Source: Bacteroidia bacterium
GTDB lineage: Bacteria; Bacteroidota; Bacteroidia; J057; JAIXKT01
Assembly (NCBI GenBank): GCA_026932145.1
Contig: JAIXKT010000009.1
Span: 14,876 to 78,875, forward strand
Direction: 5' to 3'
DNA length: 64,000 nucleotides
Part shown: positions 49,187-58,849 of the stretch, piece by piece
Position numbering within the stretch: the stretch's first letter is position 1
How the letters are laid out: each line of letters starts with the position of its first letter
Made by a program: the position numbers and the translations under genes
Notes under the pieces: model-generated
The model's database searches: none
What the model was told of the DNA's origin: nothing
The model's input: only the letters and a program-made list of their open reading frames with translations

Positions 49187-50158
49187 TTAAAGGTCTAAAT
49201 GCGCTAAGGCAGTTAGCTCCATAAGCCACGCTACTCCTAAGTGCGCTATAACGCCTCCCCAGATACTTTCGGTACGGTAAGCCATCACGCCCAATATCCA
49301 GCCTCCAAAAAAAGAACCTATCGTTTCGCCTAATGGCTTCTGAAAATGGATAAACACATACATCGGAACCATTGCCGCTAAAGCCCCTATTCCTAACCAA
49401 CGAGCAAAAGCCATCATCAAAAAGCCCCTGAAAAACAGCTCAATAAACACAAAATCAACGCCATAGCAAAGTTCAAAAATAATGGATGTTTTCCAAAACG
49501 GCCACCCTAAATACCCTTCTGCCAAAGACGGCCTATAACGTGGATACGTCTGCTGAAAGTCCGATGTAAAAGAAGCTATCACAATGAGCGGAAGCATTAT
49601 AGATAGAATCCAAAAATACGGTTTAAGGTCAATCTTTTTAGTACTCATCCCATAAAAATGAGACTTAGAACGCTCTGTAAATATCCATACTATCAATAAA
49701 ACGAGGGCTGCACCTACCGGACGAACTACGTTTGCAGCGCATTTCATCAAAAAATATTGTATCTCATAGGGAAAGTTTGCCTGTATCCAACTGTAAAATG
49801 TATTGAAACTGACATATATCGAAAAAAAAGATAACGCAAATAGTGTTTTTACCCAAAATAGAGCGTCTTTCCAAAAAGAAAATTTCTTGTAAAATATTGA
49901 ATATAGAAATAGCCCCCCATAAAATGCAAAGCTATACATAAGAATATAAGCCAATACCTCTAACCAATACGGCTTAATTGATTCAATGTAATTTGTCTCA
50001 AAATCAAAATAATAGTTTATAGCAACACATATTGCAACAAAACTTCCCCATACCAAAACAAATGGAATATTTTTTTCCGCTTGCCAATAAGCCCTTAAAT
50101 GACCTATGATGTAAATAAATGGAGCCGTTAAATAGCTAATTACCGGTTTAGCAATCAC
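49187..50158 (-). CDS. CPBP (CAAX/Abi) family intramembrane glutamic endopeptidase
   Basis: Multi-TM, with motif 1 FIELFFRGF, a FxxxH-like motif (MYVFIHF) and a HxxxN/D-like motif (AHLGVAW). Confidence 0.7.
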   Translation of the reverse strand: MIAKPVISYLTAPFIYIIGHLRAYWQAEKNIPFVLVWGSFVAICVAINYYFDFETNYIESIKPYWLEVLAYILMYSFAFYGGLFLYSIFYKKFSFWKDALFWVKTLFALSFFSIYVSFNTFYSWIQANFPYEIQYFLMKCAANVVRPVGAALVLLIVWIFTERSKSHFYGMSTKKIDLKPYFWILSIMLPLIVIASFTSDFQQTYPRYRPSLAEGYLGWPFWKTSIIFELCYGVDFVFIELFFRGFLMMAFARWLGIGALAAMVPMYVFIHFQKPLGETIGSFFGGWILGVMAYRTESIWGGVIAHLGVAWLMELTALAHLDL

Positions 50159-50160
50159 CT

Positions 50161-50664
50161 TTAACGCTTATAGAGAGGTACTGTAGAACAGGGTTCACCA
50201 TACATGATTTTTTGTGCAACGCCTGTAAGTCGCTTAGTAAGCTCAACATACGCCCAAACCGGAACTGATTTATTAAAACAGCCTTTAATTACCACTTTTT
50301 GATCTCTATATTGCTCAATGTCTAAGGTGTCAAGATTATGTTTCAGCATTTGTTGCTCTAAATCCGCCTCTGTGCCAAAGTAAATAAACTTCGCAACCGG
50401 ACTTAAATACGTTGCTACAAGCATATACGCCCAAGTAGGAACAATAGCATCTGTAGTACAGGTAATCGTAACGGCCTTATCAGCATACTGTTGCCAGTCA
50501 TGTGCTTTTAAAAAGCTCCTAAAATCTCCTTCTTTCAACATAAGTCCCATATACAATTGATCTTTAATATCAAAAACTACTACCGGAAGATTGGAAAGAA
50601 AATCTTCCAGATTAATTGTAATTAACTGGGAATTAGCTACTCTATTGATTAACTCGGTTTCCAT
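50161..50664 (-). CDS. Conserved hypothetical protein. From memory it resembles the Bacteroidota DUF2480 family.
   Basis: 167 aa: INRVANSQLITINLEDF ... DAIVPTWAYMLV ... IKGC ... MYGEPCSTVPLYK. The family assignment is from recollection only. Confidence 0.45.
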   Translation of the reverse strand: METELINRVANSQLITINLEDFLSNLPVVVFDIKDQLYMGLMLKEGDFRSFLKAHDWQQYADKAVTITCTTDAIVPTWAYMLVATYLSPVAKFIYFGTEADLEQQMLKHNLDTLDIEQYRDQKVVIKGCFNKSVPVWAYVELTKRLTGVAQKIMYGEPCSTVPLYKR

Positions 50665-50894
50665 AAAAAACTTAGATTATCTCCAATAAATTAAAAAGAG
50701 AACAAAAAAGTTTCCAAAACTTACTTGATTGGTGGGCAAAGATAGTAAAACTCCCGCTTGGCTTAGAACTATGTGATTTTTCAATAACGAAAAGAAGAGG
50801 GGCTGATTTTTAAATATTTATAAACTAAAAAGAAACTTTTCACAAAAAAAGACTGTTTTGATTCCGAAATACACAAATTAACCTATTTAGATAA

Positions 50895-51629
50895 ATGATT
50901 AAACGTTTTTTTTCGTTGCTGTTTTGCTCTTTATTTTTTGTACGTTGCAGTAACGGCACAGCTCAACAAAGAGATGGATTCATAAAAAATGTAAATGCCA
51001 AAGAATTCAAAACATTGGTTGATGCCGGTGATGGAATTACCTTAGACGTAAGAACTCCCGAAGAAGTTGCAGCCGGGCAAATCCCAAATGCCAGCACCAT
51101 AAACTTTTATGACAGCGACTTTGTAGAAAAAATCAACTTGATGAATAAAGAAAAAGAAATCTATGTTTACTGCAAAGTTGGTGGCAGAAGTGCTCAAGCA
51201 GCCGAAATCTTAAATCAAAACGGATTCAAAAAAGTTTATAACCTATCCGGCGGAATTAACGCATGGGTAGGAGAAGGTTTTCAAGTAACTAAATCTGCCA
51301 ATGCTAAAGATGAAAATATCAAGCAGATGACCTTAGCCGAATTTAACACAATTTTAAATACAGACAAACCAGTATTGATTGACTTCCACACACTTTGGTG
51401 CTCTCCATGCAAAAAAATGGCACCCGTAGTAGATAAAATCGAAAAACAATATCAAGGAAAAGCCGTCGTTCAAAGAATAGACGTAGATAAAAGTAAAGAA
51501 ATTGCCAAGCAATATCAGGTTCAGGGAGTCCCTGTTTTTATCTTATTTAAAAAAGGAAAAGCCGTTTGGAAACACACCGGAATCATTGCCGAAGAAACCT
51601 TAACACAACAAATCGAAAGTAATTTATAA
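50895..51629 (+). CDS. Secreted rhodanese-thioredoxin fusion protein
   Basis: Signal peptide, a rhodanese domain with active-site loop YCKVGGRS, and a thioredoxin domain with WCSPCK. Confidence 0.8.
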   Translation: MIKRFFSLLFCSLFFVRCSNGTAQQRDGFIKNVNAKEFKTLVDAGDGITLDVRTPEEVAAGQIPNASTINFYDSDFVEKINLMNKEKEIYVYCKVGGRSAQAAEILNQNGFKKVYNLSGGINAWVGEGFQVTKSANAKDENIKQMTLAEFNTILNTDKPVLIDFHTLWCSPCKKMAPVVDKIEKQYQGKAVVQRIDVDKSKEIAKQYQVQGVPVFILFKKGKAVWKHTGIIAEETLTQQIESNL

Positions 51630-51660
51630 GAAAATTATTCTCATAAAAAAACTACTTTTT

Positions 51661-51700
51661 AAGGTACGCTATTAACTTGATAGCGTACCTTAAAAATTTT
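51661..51700 (+). terminator. Rho-independent terminator
   Basis: 11 bp stem aaggtacgcta / tagcgtacctt with a 9 nt loop, followed by an A/T-rich tail. Confidence 0.55.
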
Positions 51701-51747
51701 TGCCATCCTGAAATGGGATGCTACACAGCTAAGATTGAATTATGTTG

Positions 51748-51755
51748 TAAATTTG
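51748..51755 (+). promoter_or_regulatory. Bacteroidota -7 box
   Basis: taaatttg, 38 nt upstream of the ATG at 51793. Confidence 0.4.
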
Positions 51756-51792
51756 TATCAATATTTGAGGTTACTTATAATAAACTTTTTTT

Positions 51793-52800
51793 ATGGCTGA
51801 AACAAAAACAAAAATAAAAGATATTAAACCGGCTTTAATTGAAAAAGAGCCGTTAGTAAGGAATGCCGGCATCCCCTTTGATTCGTTGGTTTTTGAAGGT
51901 CTAAACGTAAATAAGAGTGCCGTAGAACGGCGGGCAGCCAGCTTACCAACGCGCAGATCTATCAAAAAAGAATGGCAGGCAGCTTGGCTGTTAAAAGCCA
52001 TAACTTGCATAGACCTAACTACTTTAGCCGGAGACGATACTCCCGGAAATGTTTCAAGGCTTTGCAATAAAGCACGATACCCTGTTCGCCATGACCTCTT
52101 AAAAGCATTGGCTATGGATGAAGAAAACATCCAAGTAGCTGCTGTTTGTGTATATCACAATTTAATTCCGTATGCTTTAAAGACATTACAAGGTTCAACT
52201 ATTCCGATAGCTGCTGTTTCCACGGGTTTTCCCGCAGGGCAAATATCTCTATCTGAAAAGATAACAGAAATAGAACAATCGGTAGCTGCCGGAGCTCGCG
52301 AAATAGACATCGTTATCAGTCGCGCATTAGTGCTGCAATCTGACTGGAAAAAACTGTATGAAGAGGTAGCGGCCTGCCGCAAAGCCTGCGGAGATGCTCA
52401 CCTAAAAGCAATATTAGCCACCGGAGAAATCCCAACCTATACCAAAGTAGCCAAAGCCGGATTAGTTTGCATGATGGCCGGCGCAGACTTCATCAAAACC
52501 AGCACCGGAAAAGAAAGCGTAAACGCCACATTACCAGTTAGTTTAGTGATGATTCGGACTATCAGAACCTACTTTGAACTAACCGGCTACAAAGTCGGAT
52601 TCAAACCCGCAGGCGGAATTGCCAAAGCCAAAGATGCCCTCGCTTGGCTCGCTCTGATAAAAGAAGAACTCGGAGACGAATGGCTTACTCCTGAACTCTT
52701 CCGCTTTGGAGCATCAAGCCTGCTGGCTGATATAGAAAGACAATTAGAACATTTTGTAACAGGCAGATACTCAGCTTTTTATAGACACCCAATGGCATAA
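51793..52800 (+). CDS. deoC: Deoxyribose-phosphate aldolase, long (DERA-like) form
   Basis: CIDLTTL, VCVY, REIDIVI, and the Schiff-base region ADFIKTSTGK. 335 aa. Confidence 0.8.
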   Translation: MAETKTKIKDIKPALIEKEPLVRNAGIPFDSLVFEGLNVNKSAVERRAASLPTRRSIKKEWQAAWLLKAITCIDLTTLAGDDTPGNVSRLCNKARYPVRHDLLKALAMDEENIQVAAVCVYHNLIPYALKTLQGSTIPIAAVSTGFPAGQISLSEKITEIEQSVAAGAREIDIVISRALVLQSDWKKLYEEVAACRKACGDAHLKAILATGEIPTYTKVAKAGLVCMMAGADFIKTSTGKESVNATLPVSLVMIRTIRTYFELTGYKVGFKPAGGIAKAKDALAWLALIKEELGDEWLTPELFRFGASSLLADIERQLEHFVTGRYSAFYRHPMA

Positions 52801-52826
52801 ATTCTGGCTCTAAAATCAAATCAACC

Positions 52827-55223
52827 ATGAATATAAAGGAAATTTTTAAAACTATGAGCTACGGCCCTGCTCCGGAAAGCCCCAAAGATACTTACAACTT
52901 TTTAGATTCTCATCAAAGACGCTTTTCTTTGTTTATCAACGGTAACTGGGTAGAACCTACTTCAGGGGAATATTTTGAGACAGTTAGCCCGTCTTCCAAA
53001 GAGGTACTTGCTCAAATTTCCGAAGGAAATGAACAGGACGTAGATTTAGCAGTACAAGCCGCTAAAAAAGCTTTTCCGGAATGGGAAAAATTAGGCGGGC
53101 ACGGACGCGCCCGCTATCTGTATGCCCTCGCCAGACAAATCCAAAAACATTCTCGGCTCTTTTCAGTCTTAGAATCTCTGGATAACGGCAAACCCATTCG
53201 GGAATCCCGAGATATAGATATTCCGCTTGTTGCACGCCACTTTTATCACCACGCCGGATGGGCACAACTGCAAGATACAGAACTATCAAATTATCAGGCA
53301 ATTGGAGTAGTTGGCCAAATAATACCTTGGAATTTTCCGTTACTGATGCTTTCTTGGAAAATAGCTCCGGCATTAGCCATGGGGAATACAGTTGTGCTTA
53401 AACCCGCCGAATTTACATCACTCACTGCATTGCTATTTGCCGATATTTGTAAACAAATAGGGCTGCCTCCCGGAGTCGTAAATATCGTTACCGGGCATGG
53501 CGCTACCGGAGCGGCTATCGTCAATCATCCGGATGTTAAAAAAATAGCTTTTACCGGCTCAACCGAAGTCGGTAAAATTATCAGACGCGCAACCGCCGGA
53601 ACAGGAAAAAAAATATCCTTAGAACTGGGCGGAAAATCTCCTTTCATTGTATTTGAAGACGCTGATTTAGACAGCGTTGTAGAAGGTATTGTGGATGCTA
53701 TTTGGTTTAATCAAGGACAAGTTTGCTGCGCCGGATCACGGTTATTAGCACAAGAAAGCATCGCCGAAAAACTATACCAAAAAATAAAAAACCGTATGGA
53801 AAAACTACGGGTCGGAAACTCCTTAGATAAATGTATTGACATAGGCGCAATCGTAGCTCCTGTGCAAGTAAAAACAATTGATGACTTGGTACAACAAGGT
53901 ATTAAAGAGGGAAATAGCATTTGGCAACCTTCGTGGTCATGCCCACAAGAAGGTTATTTTTATCCGCCAACTTTATTTACAAATGTATCTCCATCAGCTA
54001 CAATAGCCCAAGAAGAAATCTTTGGGCCGGTATTGGTAGCTATGAGTTTTCGTTCTCACCCAGAAGCTGTCAAGTTAGCCAACAATACTCGATACGGCTT
54101 GGCCGCAAGCATCTGGACAGAAAACATCAACTTAGCATTAGATATTGCCCCTCAGCTAAAAGCCGGTTCGGTATGGATTAATTGTACCAATGTATTCGAT
54201 GCTGCATCAGGATTTGGAGGGTATCGGGAATCCGGTTTTGGGCGAGAAGGCGGCAAAGAAGGTTTATTTGAATACATCAAACCGAAGGTAGAAAAGCTAT
54301 TTTCAGAAACACCGCCGGCAGTTACAACCGAGCCTCCGGCAAAAGTTTCCTTGAATGGCAATGGAATCAGTATTCCCAAAATTGACAGAACCCCCAAATT
54401 GTTTATTGGAGGTAAGCAAGCTCGCCCGGACGGAGGCAATAGCATCGTTATCAACGATAGCTTTGGAAATCATGTGGGGGAAGTTGCCAGAGGTAACCGA
54501 AAAGACATTCGTAACGCAGTAGAGGCGGCACACGCTTGCCAAACGTGGCCAACTATGACCGGGCACGCACGCGCGCAAGTGCTTTATTATATGGCAGAAA
54601 ACCTCGCTATTCGTGCCGAAGAACTCGTAAACCGTATTCATCAGCAAACCAATCAATCCCTTACAAGTTGTAAACAAGAGGTAGAAACGGCAATCGAACG
54701 TATTTATACTTATGCCGCTTGGGCAGATAAATATGACGGACACGTTCACCATACTGTTATGCGAAATGTAACCTTAGCTATGCCGGAAAGTATTGGCGTA
54801 ATAGCTGTTATTTGTCCCGAAGAATCCTCTTTTTTAGGCTTTATTTCTACCATTATTCCGGCTATCACAATGGGAAATACTATCGTAGTTGTACCTTCTG
54901 AGCGTTATCCGCTGTTAGCAACAGACTTTTACCAAATCATAGAAACTTCTGATGTTCCTGCAGGAACAATTAATATTATTACCGGCTTTCATAACGAACT
55001 AACTACGGAATTAGCTAAGCACGATGATGTTGACGGAATCTGGTATTTTGGCAGCTTAAACGGCAGCAAGGATGTAGAAATACTTTCTACCGATAACTTA
55101 AAAAGAACGTGGGTAAATTACGGAAAATACCGTAACTGGTTCGATAAAGCACAAGGCGAAGGCTCTGACTTTTTACGGCAAGCTACACAGATAAAAAACA
55201 TCTGGATTCCTTATGGTGCGTAA
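52827..55223 (+). CDS. Aldehyde dehydrogenase with an extra C-terminal partial ALDH module (798 aa)
   Basis: Residues 1 to about 490 are a complete ALDH (IIPWNFP, LELGGKSP, GQVCCAGSR, EEIFGPV). Residues from about 510 to 798 repeat only the N-terminal cofactor-binding half (GVIAVICPEES, GNTIVVVPS) and show no visible catalytic Cys/Glu motifs. Confidence 0.8.
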   Translation: MNIKEIFKTMSYGPAPESPKDTYNFLDSHQRRFSLFINGNWVEPTSGEYFETVSPSSKEVLAQISEGNEQDVDLAVQAAKKAFPEWEKLGGHGRARYLYALARQIQKHSRLFSVLESLDNGKPIRESRDIDIPLVARHFYHHAGWAQLQDTELSNYQAIGVVGQIIPWNFPLLMLSWKIAPALAMGNTVVLKPAEFTSLTALLFADICKQIGLPPGVVNIVTGHGATGAAIVNHPDVKKIAFTGSTEVGKIIRRATAGTGKKISLELGGKSPFIVFEDADLDSVVEGIVDAIWFNQGQVCCAGSRLLAQESIAEKLYQKIKNRMEKLRVGNSLDKCIDIGAIVAPVQVKTIDDLVQQGIKEGNSIWQPSWSCPQEGYFYPPTLFTNVSPSATIAQEEIFGPVLVAMSFRSHPEAVKLANNTRYGLAASIWTENINLALDIAPQLKAGSVWINCTNVFDAASGFGGYRESGFGREGGKEGLFEYIKPKVEKLFSETPPAVTTEPPAKVSLNGNGISIPKIDRTPKLFIGGKQARPDGGNSIVINDSFGNHVGEVARGNRKDIRNAVEAAHACQTWPTMTGHARAQVLYYMAENLAIRAEELVNRIHQQTNQSLTSCKQEVETAIERIYTYAAWADKYDGHVHHTVMRNVTLAMPESIGVIAVICPEESSFLGFISTIIPAITMGNTIVVVPSERYPLLATDFYQIIETSDVPAGTINIITGFHNELTTELAKHDDVDGIWYFGSLNGSKDVEILSTDNLKRTWVNYGKYRNWFDKAQGEGSDFLRQATQIKNIWIPYGA

Positions 55224-55280
55224 CAAGAGCCGTAGTAGCCCAATATTCTCTGCTGATTGTAACTTAATACCCCACTAAAA

Positions 55281-55883
55281 ATGAAAAATTATTTAGAAAA
55301 ATTCAAACAGATGGTGGATGAGCTTAGGGTTCATCCACAGATTGAGATTACTGAGTTTGTGATTAACCCCCCTGCAACAGAAAAGGAGATAAAATCAGCC
55401 AGTAAAAAATTCAAACTCACGAGCGATATGCTTGATTTCTACAAGCAAGCTAATGGTCTAACGCTACGCTGGAAGCTAAAAGACACACAAGAAGACGAAG
55501 AAGAGCCTATTTGTGGAAACATTGAGTTACTTGCCGTTCAAGATGTATTTAGTGATTGGGAAGATAACATCTACTTTGATGATGATGACGAGTTTAAGCC
55601 ATTACATCCGTTAGATTTTTTTGTTAATGAAGCTTGCGCCGCTTTATATCTTGATGATTCAGATAACCCGGAAGTTTATTACCACTATTGTGGCGAAGAA
55701 ATGTATCCCTTAAAGATGGATTTTGGGAAATATCTCCATGCACTCTTAAAAACACGTGGTTTTTGGTACTGGCAGACTGCTGTTGCAGATAAATATCAAA
55801 AAATGCACACAACATCTCCCAAACACTTTAAGAAAAGTATGCCTAAGTTATTTCCTGACTTTAAACTATCAGAAATCTTGTAA
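55281..55883 (+). CDS. SMI1/KNR4 (SUKH superfamily) protein
   Basis: SUKH-like N-terminus (ATEKEIKSASKKFKLTSDMLDFYKQANGL) and an acidic central region. Confidence 0.55.
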   Translation: MKNYLEKFKQMVDELRVHPQIEITEFVINPPATEKEIKSASKKFKLTSDMLDFYKQANGLTLRWKLKDTQEDEEEPICGNIELLAVQDVFSDWEDNIYFDDDDEFKPLHPLDFFVNEACAALYLDDSDNPEVYYHYCGEEMYPLKMDFGKYLHALLKTRGFWYWQTAVADKYQKMHTTSPKHFKKSMPKLFPDFKLSEIL

Positions 55884-55971
55884 TAGACAAAACGAATCTA
55901 ATATCAGTTGTAAAAACGAATTAATCTTAGGGTTAAAAACAGAACTCTTTCTGTATCGAAATTATCGTTTA

Positions 55972-57270
55972 TCAGTTTTTTGTATTTTGAAAAAACGATT
56001 CAATTCCGGTTAATAAAAATTCTATTTCTGCGTTGGTCATTGAAAGGTTTAAAAACATTGCTTCAAACTGGCTTGCTGCAGGGTGTATGCCAAAGTTTAG
56101 CAGGTGATGAAAGAAAGCGGCATATTGCTTGGTATCGGCAAGTTTTGCTTCCGTTAAATTTCTTACTGGTTTTTGTGTAAAAAACAAGGTAAACATAGAA
56201 CCTATTCTATTAAAAGTCAATAAACTGCCATTTTTCTGGAGGATTTTTTGGATACCTTCTTCTGTTGATTTTCCTAATTTTTCAAGGGTTTGGTAGTGTT
56301 CTGGGTGGTTTAGCAATTCAGAGAGCGTTGCGTATCCGGCTGCTACGGCTATGGGATTTCCGGATAAGGTTCCGGCTTGATAAACAGTTCCTACCGGAGC
56401 TACACAGTTCATGATTTCTGCTTTACCGCCATAAGCACCTACGGGCAGGCCTCCACCGATAATTTTTCCTAATGTCGTTAAATCTGGAATGATTTCGAAC
56501 CGTTCTTGCGCCCCTCCTAATGCAAGCCGGAAACCGGTCATTACTTCGTCAAAGATTAGAAGTATATTTTCTGCATTGCAGATTTTTCTAAGTCCTGATA
56601 AAAATCCTTGTTCAGGAAGCACTAAACCCATGTTACCGACTACCGGCTCTAAGATAATCGCCGCAATTTGGTTTTTATTAGCTTCTACCAGTGTTTCTAC
56701 AAAGTTTAGGTCGTTATAGGGAGCTGTGAGGGTGTCTTCTGCTATTCCTTTGGTGATTCCGCTGCTATCCGGCACGCCAAAAGTGAGTGCGCCGCTTCCG
56801 GCAGCTATTAAAAAACTATCGCCGTGTCCGTGATAGCAGCCTTCAAATTTGATTATTTTAGAACGGTTGGTATAGCCGCGTGCTAAGCGTATCGCGGATA
56901 AGGTAGCTTCTGTGCCGGAGTTTACGAGCCTGACTTTCTCTATAGAAGGTACTAAGCGACAAATAAGTTTTGCCATTTCTACCTCCATTTCTGTGGGAGT
57001 TCCATACGAAAAACCTTTGCTGGTAGCTGCAATAATAGCTTGCTCCACAGCTGGATGCCGATGCCCAAGTATCATCGGCCCCCAAGAACTCAATAAGTCT
57101 AAATACCGGTTATCATCTGTGTCATAGAGCCACGGTCCTTGTGCTCTTTGGATAAAAACAGGTGTGCCTCCGACACTGCCAAAGGCACGTACCGGAGAGT
57201 TTACTCCGCCCGGTATGTATTTCTGAGCTTCATTAAATAGCTCAATGCTTCTGTGAATAGATTTTTTCAT
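55972..57270 (-). CDS. hemL: Glutamate-1-semialdehyde 2,1-aminomutase
   Basis: GGVNSPVRAF, NSGTEATLSAIRLARGYT, DEVMTGFR, TLGKIIGGG. Confidence 0.92.
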   Translation of the reverse strand: MKKSIHRSIELFNEAQKYIPGGVNSPVRAFGSVGGTPVFIQRAQGPWLYDTDDNRYLDLLSSWGPMILGHRHPAVEQAIIAATSKGFSYGTPTEMEVEMAKLICRLVPSIEKVRLVNSGTEATLSAIRLARGYTNRSKIIKFEGCYHGHGDSFLIAAGSGALTFGVPDSSGITKGIAEDTLTAPYNDLNFVETLVEANKNQIAAIILEPVVGNMGLVLPEQGFLSGLRKICNAENILLIFDEVMTGFRLALGGAQERFEIIPDLTTLGKIIGGGLPVGAYGGKAEIMNCVAPVGTVYQAGTLSGNPIAVAAGYATLSELLNHPEHYQTLEKLGKSTEEGIQKILQKNGSLLTFNRIGSMFTLFFTQKPVRNLTEAKLADTKQYAAFFHHLLNFGIHPAASQFEAMFLNLSMTNAEIEFLLTGIESFFQNTKN

Positions 57271-57279
57271 AAGATAAAA

Positions 57280-58791
57280 TTATGGAAACCAGCGTGTTGG
57301 GCGTTCTTTAAGCCGCCAACTAAATCCATCTAACCGGTTTAGCTTGTCAATTACTTCAAAATAAGGATAAAATATTGCTTCAGGCTTTTTGTAAAACTGA
57401 ATTCGGCTGGGCTTGTTATTAACTAAGGTGATAAAAATTCCGGCACTCTTAGACTGGTTCATGCCCAAAACCTCATTTTTATCCCTTGAAAAATAAATAC
57501 TTTCTGCATTTCCAATGAACCGCAACCAAACAATTTGGTTATTGATAAATTTTCCGTGCAACCATCTACTTTTGATTTGGTTAAAACCAATGGAATCTAC
57601 TTGCGAAATAAGGAACGTATTTTCAGAAACGAATAAGGAATCCGGCTGTTTGTTTTTCACCCAGATGGAAATAGTATCTCCGGTAAGCTGGTTTTCGGCA
57701 GACCAGATAACGGGTTTGTGGTATAAACGGAGCAACGAATCCTTAGTCATGTAGCTAATCGAATCGGATTTTCCTTGTAAATCGGTCATTACAAACTGGC
57801 AATGCGGCCAACCGTGAATGTATTCTTTGTGATTAAGGGAATCATTCCAGACTTCAAGGGTATCTGAAACGAGCATCATAGTGTCGCTTTCCATTTGCAT
57901 CCACATCCAAGGATTTTCTGTATAAAGTGCTTGTTTATTCTGTTTCTTAAACACTAACTTATCTCCTGCGATATAACCACTTGAGTCTTTTTTCCAAGAT
58001 ACTACATTGCAGCGGCCAAAACCAGTTCCTAAGCTATCATCAAAAAACAAAGTATCTCCGGTAAGGATATAATCTTCATTACTTACCGTAGAACGCTGGT
58101 AGAGCCAGAGCTTTTTATCTTTGCGGAAATATCTGCCTTTATTTGTTTTAATTTCTTGATTTTCAGAGTTTTTTATAGTTGTTGGGCTAACGAATAAGAT
58201 TGTTTGCGGAGTTGTTTCATACACAAGAGAATCACTTATCAGGCGCATATCCGGGTTATTCAGTTCAACCTTTCGGGCAAAAGTTGCGATTTTGGTGGCG
58301 GTATTGTAATTTCCAAACTGGCTTTTCATCAGCCCGTCAGAATTAGTGAGAGTTCCTCCGGTTGTGTAAAACGCTGTCTGAGAACCCCGTAAGTAAATTA
58401 AATGTTCTGTTTTTAAGGTTGTTTGGCCATCTGTAAGCGAAACATCGTTGTGCATATCGGCACGCCTTTCCGCTACAAGATAAGTAAGCTGTTTGCAGGT
58501 AATGGCTACTTGACCGGGAACTTCTATCTTGACGTGCCCAAAGGCGTTGATTATCTTAGAATCTGTGTTATGATAAGCACTATCGCAGTAGAGCAGCGTA
58601 GAATCTTGCTTTAAAATGACATTACCAATCATTTTGCGGATTGTTGAGTTTCCTATTTTTTCAAATATTAATTCATTGGTATTCAATACTTCAACAGAAC
58701 TGCTTTCTTGGGCGCAGCTACTTAACCAATGATTTCCAAAATAAAAGAAAAAGCAAATTACGGCAATTTGCCTAACCAAGGTTTTCTTCAA
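57280..58791 (-). CDS. OstA-like (LptD N-terminal-like) repeat protein
   Basis: Signal peptide and repeated OstA-like beta segments. It lies 9 nt upstream of hemL on the same strand. Confidence 0.5.
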   Translation of the reverse strand: MKKTLVRQIAVICFFFYFGNHWLSSCAQESSSVEVLNTNELIFEKIGNSTIRKMIGNVILKQDSTLLYCDSAYHNTDSKIINAFGHVKIEVPGQVAITCKQLTYLVAERRADMHNDVSLTDGQTTLKTEHLIYLRGSQTAFYTTGGTLTNSDGLMKSQFGNYNTATKIATFARKVELNNPDMRLISDSLVYETTPQTILFVSPTTIKNSENQEIKTNKGRYFRKDKKLWLYQRSTVSNEDYILTGDTLFFDDSLGTGFGRCNVVSWKKDSSGYIAGDKLVFKKQNKQALYTENPWMWMQMESDTMMLVSDTLEVWNDSLNHKEYIHGWPHCQFVMTDLQGKSDSISYMTKDSLLRLYHKPVIWSAENQLTGDTISIWVKNKQPDSLFVSENTFLISQVDSIGFNQIKSRWLHGKFINNQIVWLRFIGNAESIYFSRDKNEVLGMNQSKSAGIFITLVNNKPSRIQFYKKPEAIFYPYFEVIDKLNRLDGFSWRLKERPTRWFP

Positions 58792-58849
58792 AATAGTGTT
58801 GGCAAAATTAATGTATTCTCTTTATTGACAAATCGAATGGCTATAAGTT

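Noticed and set aside
48498-49400. ORF-track N-terminal extensions at 48498-49400, 17172-18785, 24014-26698, 35817-37148, 7921-9363, 10637-11854 and 426-1961.
   Set aside because: The extensions overlap neighbouring genes, start at non-ATG codons, or add residues before a clear signal peptide or conserved N-terminus. Internal ATG starts were used instead.
51771-52130. A 119 aa minus-strand ORF, one of many 60-150 aa ORFs in the track that lie antisense to or nested within long, well-supported CDSs. Other examples are 621-812, 4504-5078, 22218-22593, 34531-35120, 53062-54752 and 61810-62309.
   Set aside because: They overlap genes with clear family signatures on the other strand or frame. They have no recognisable motifs and often have odd composition. 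They are treated as spurious shadow ORFs.
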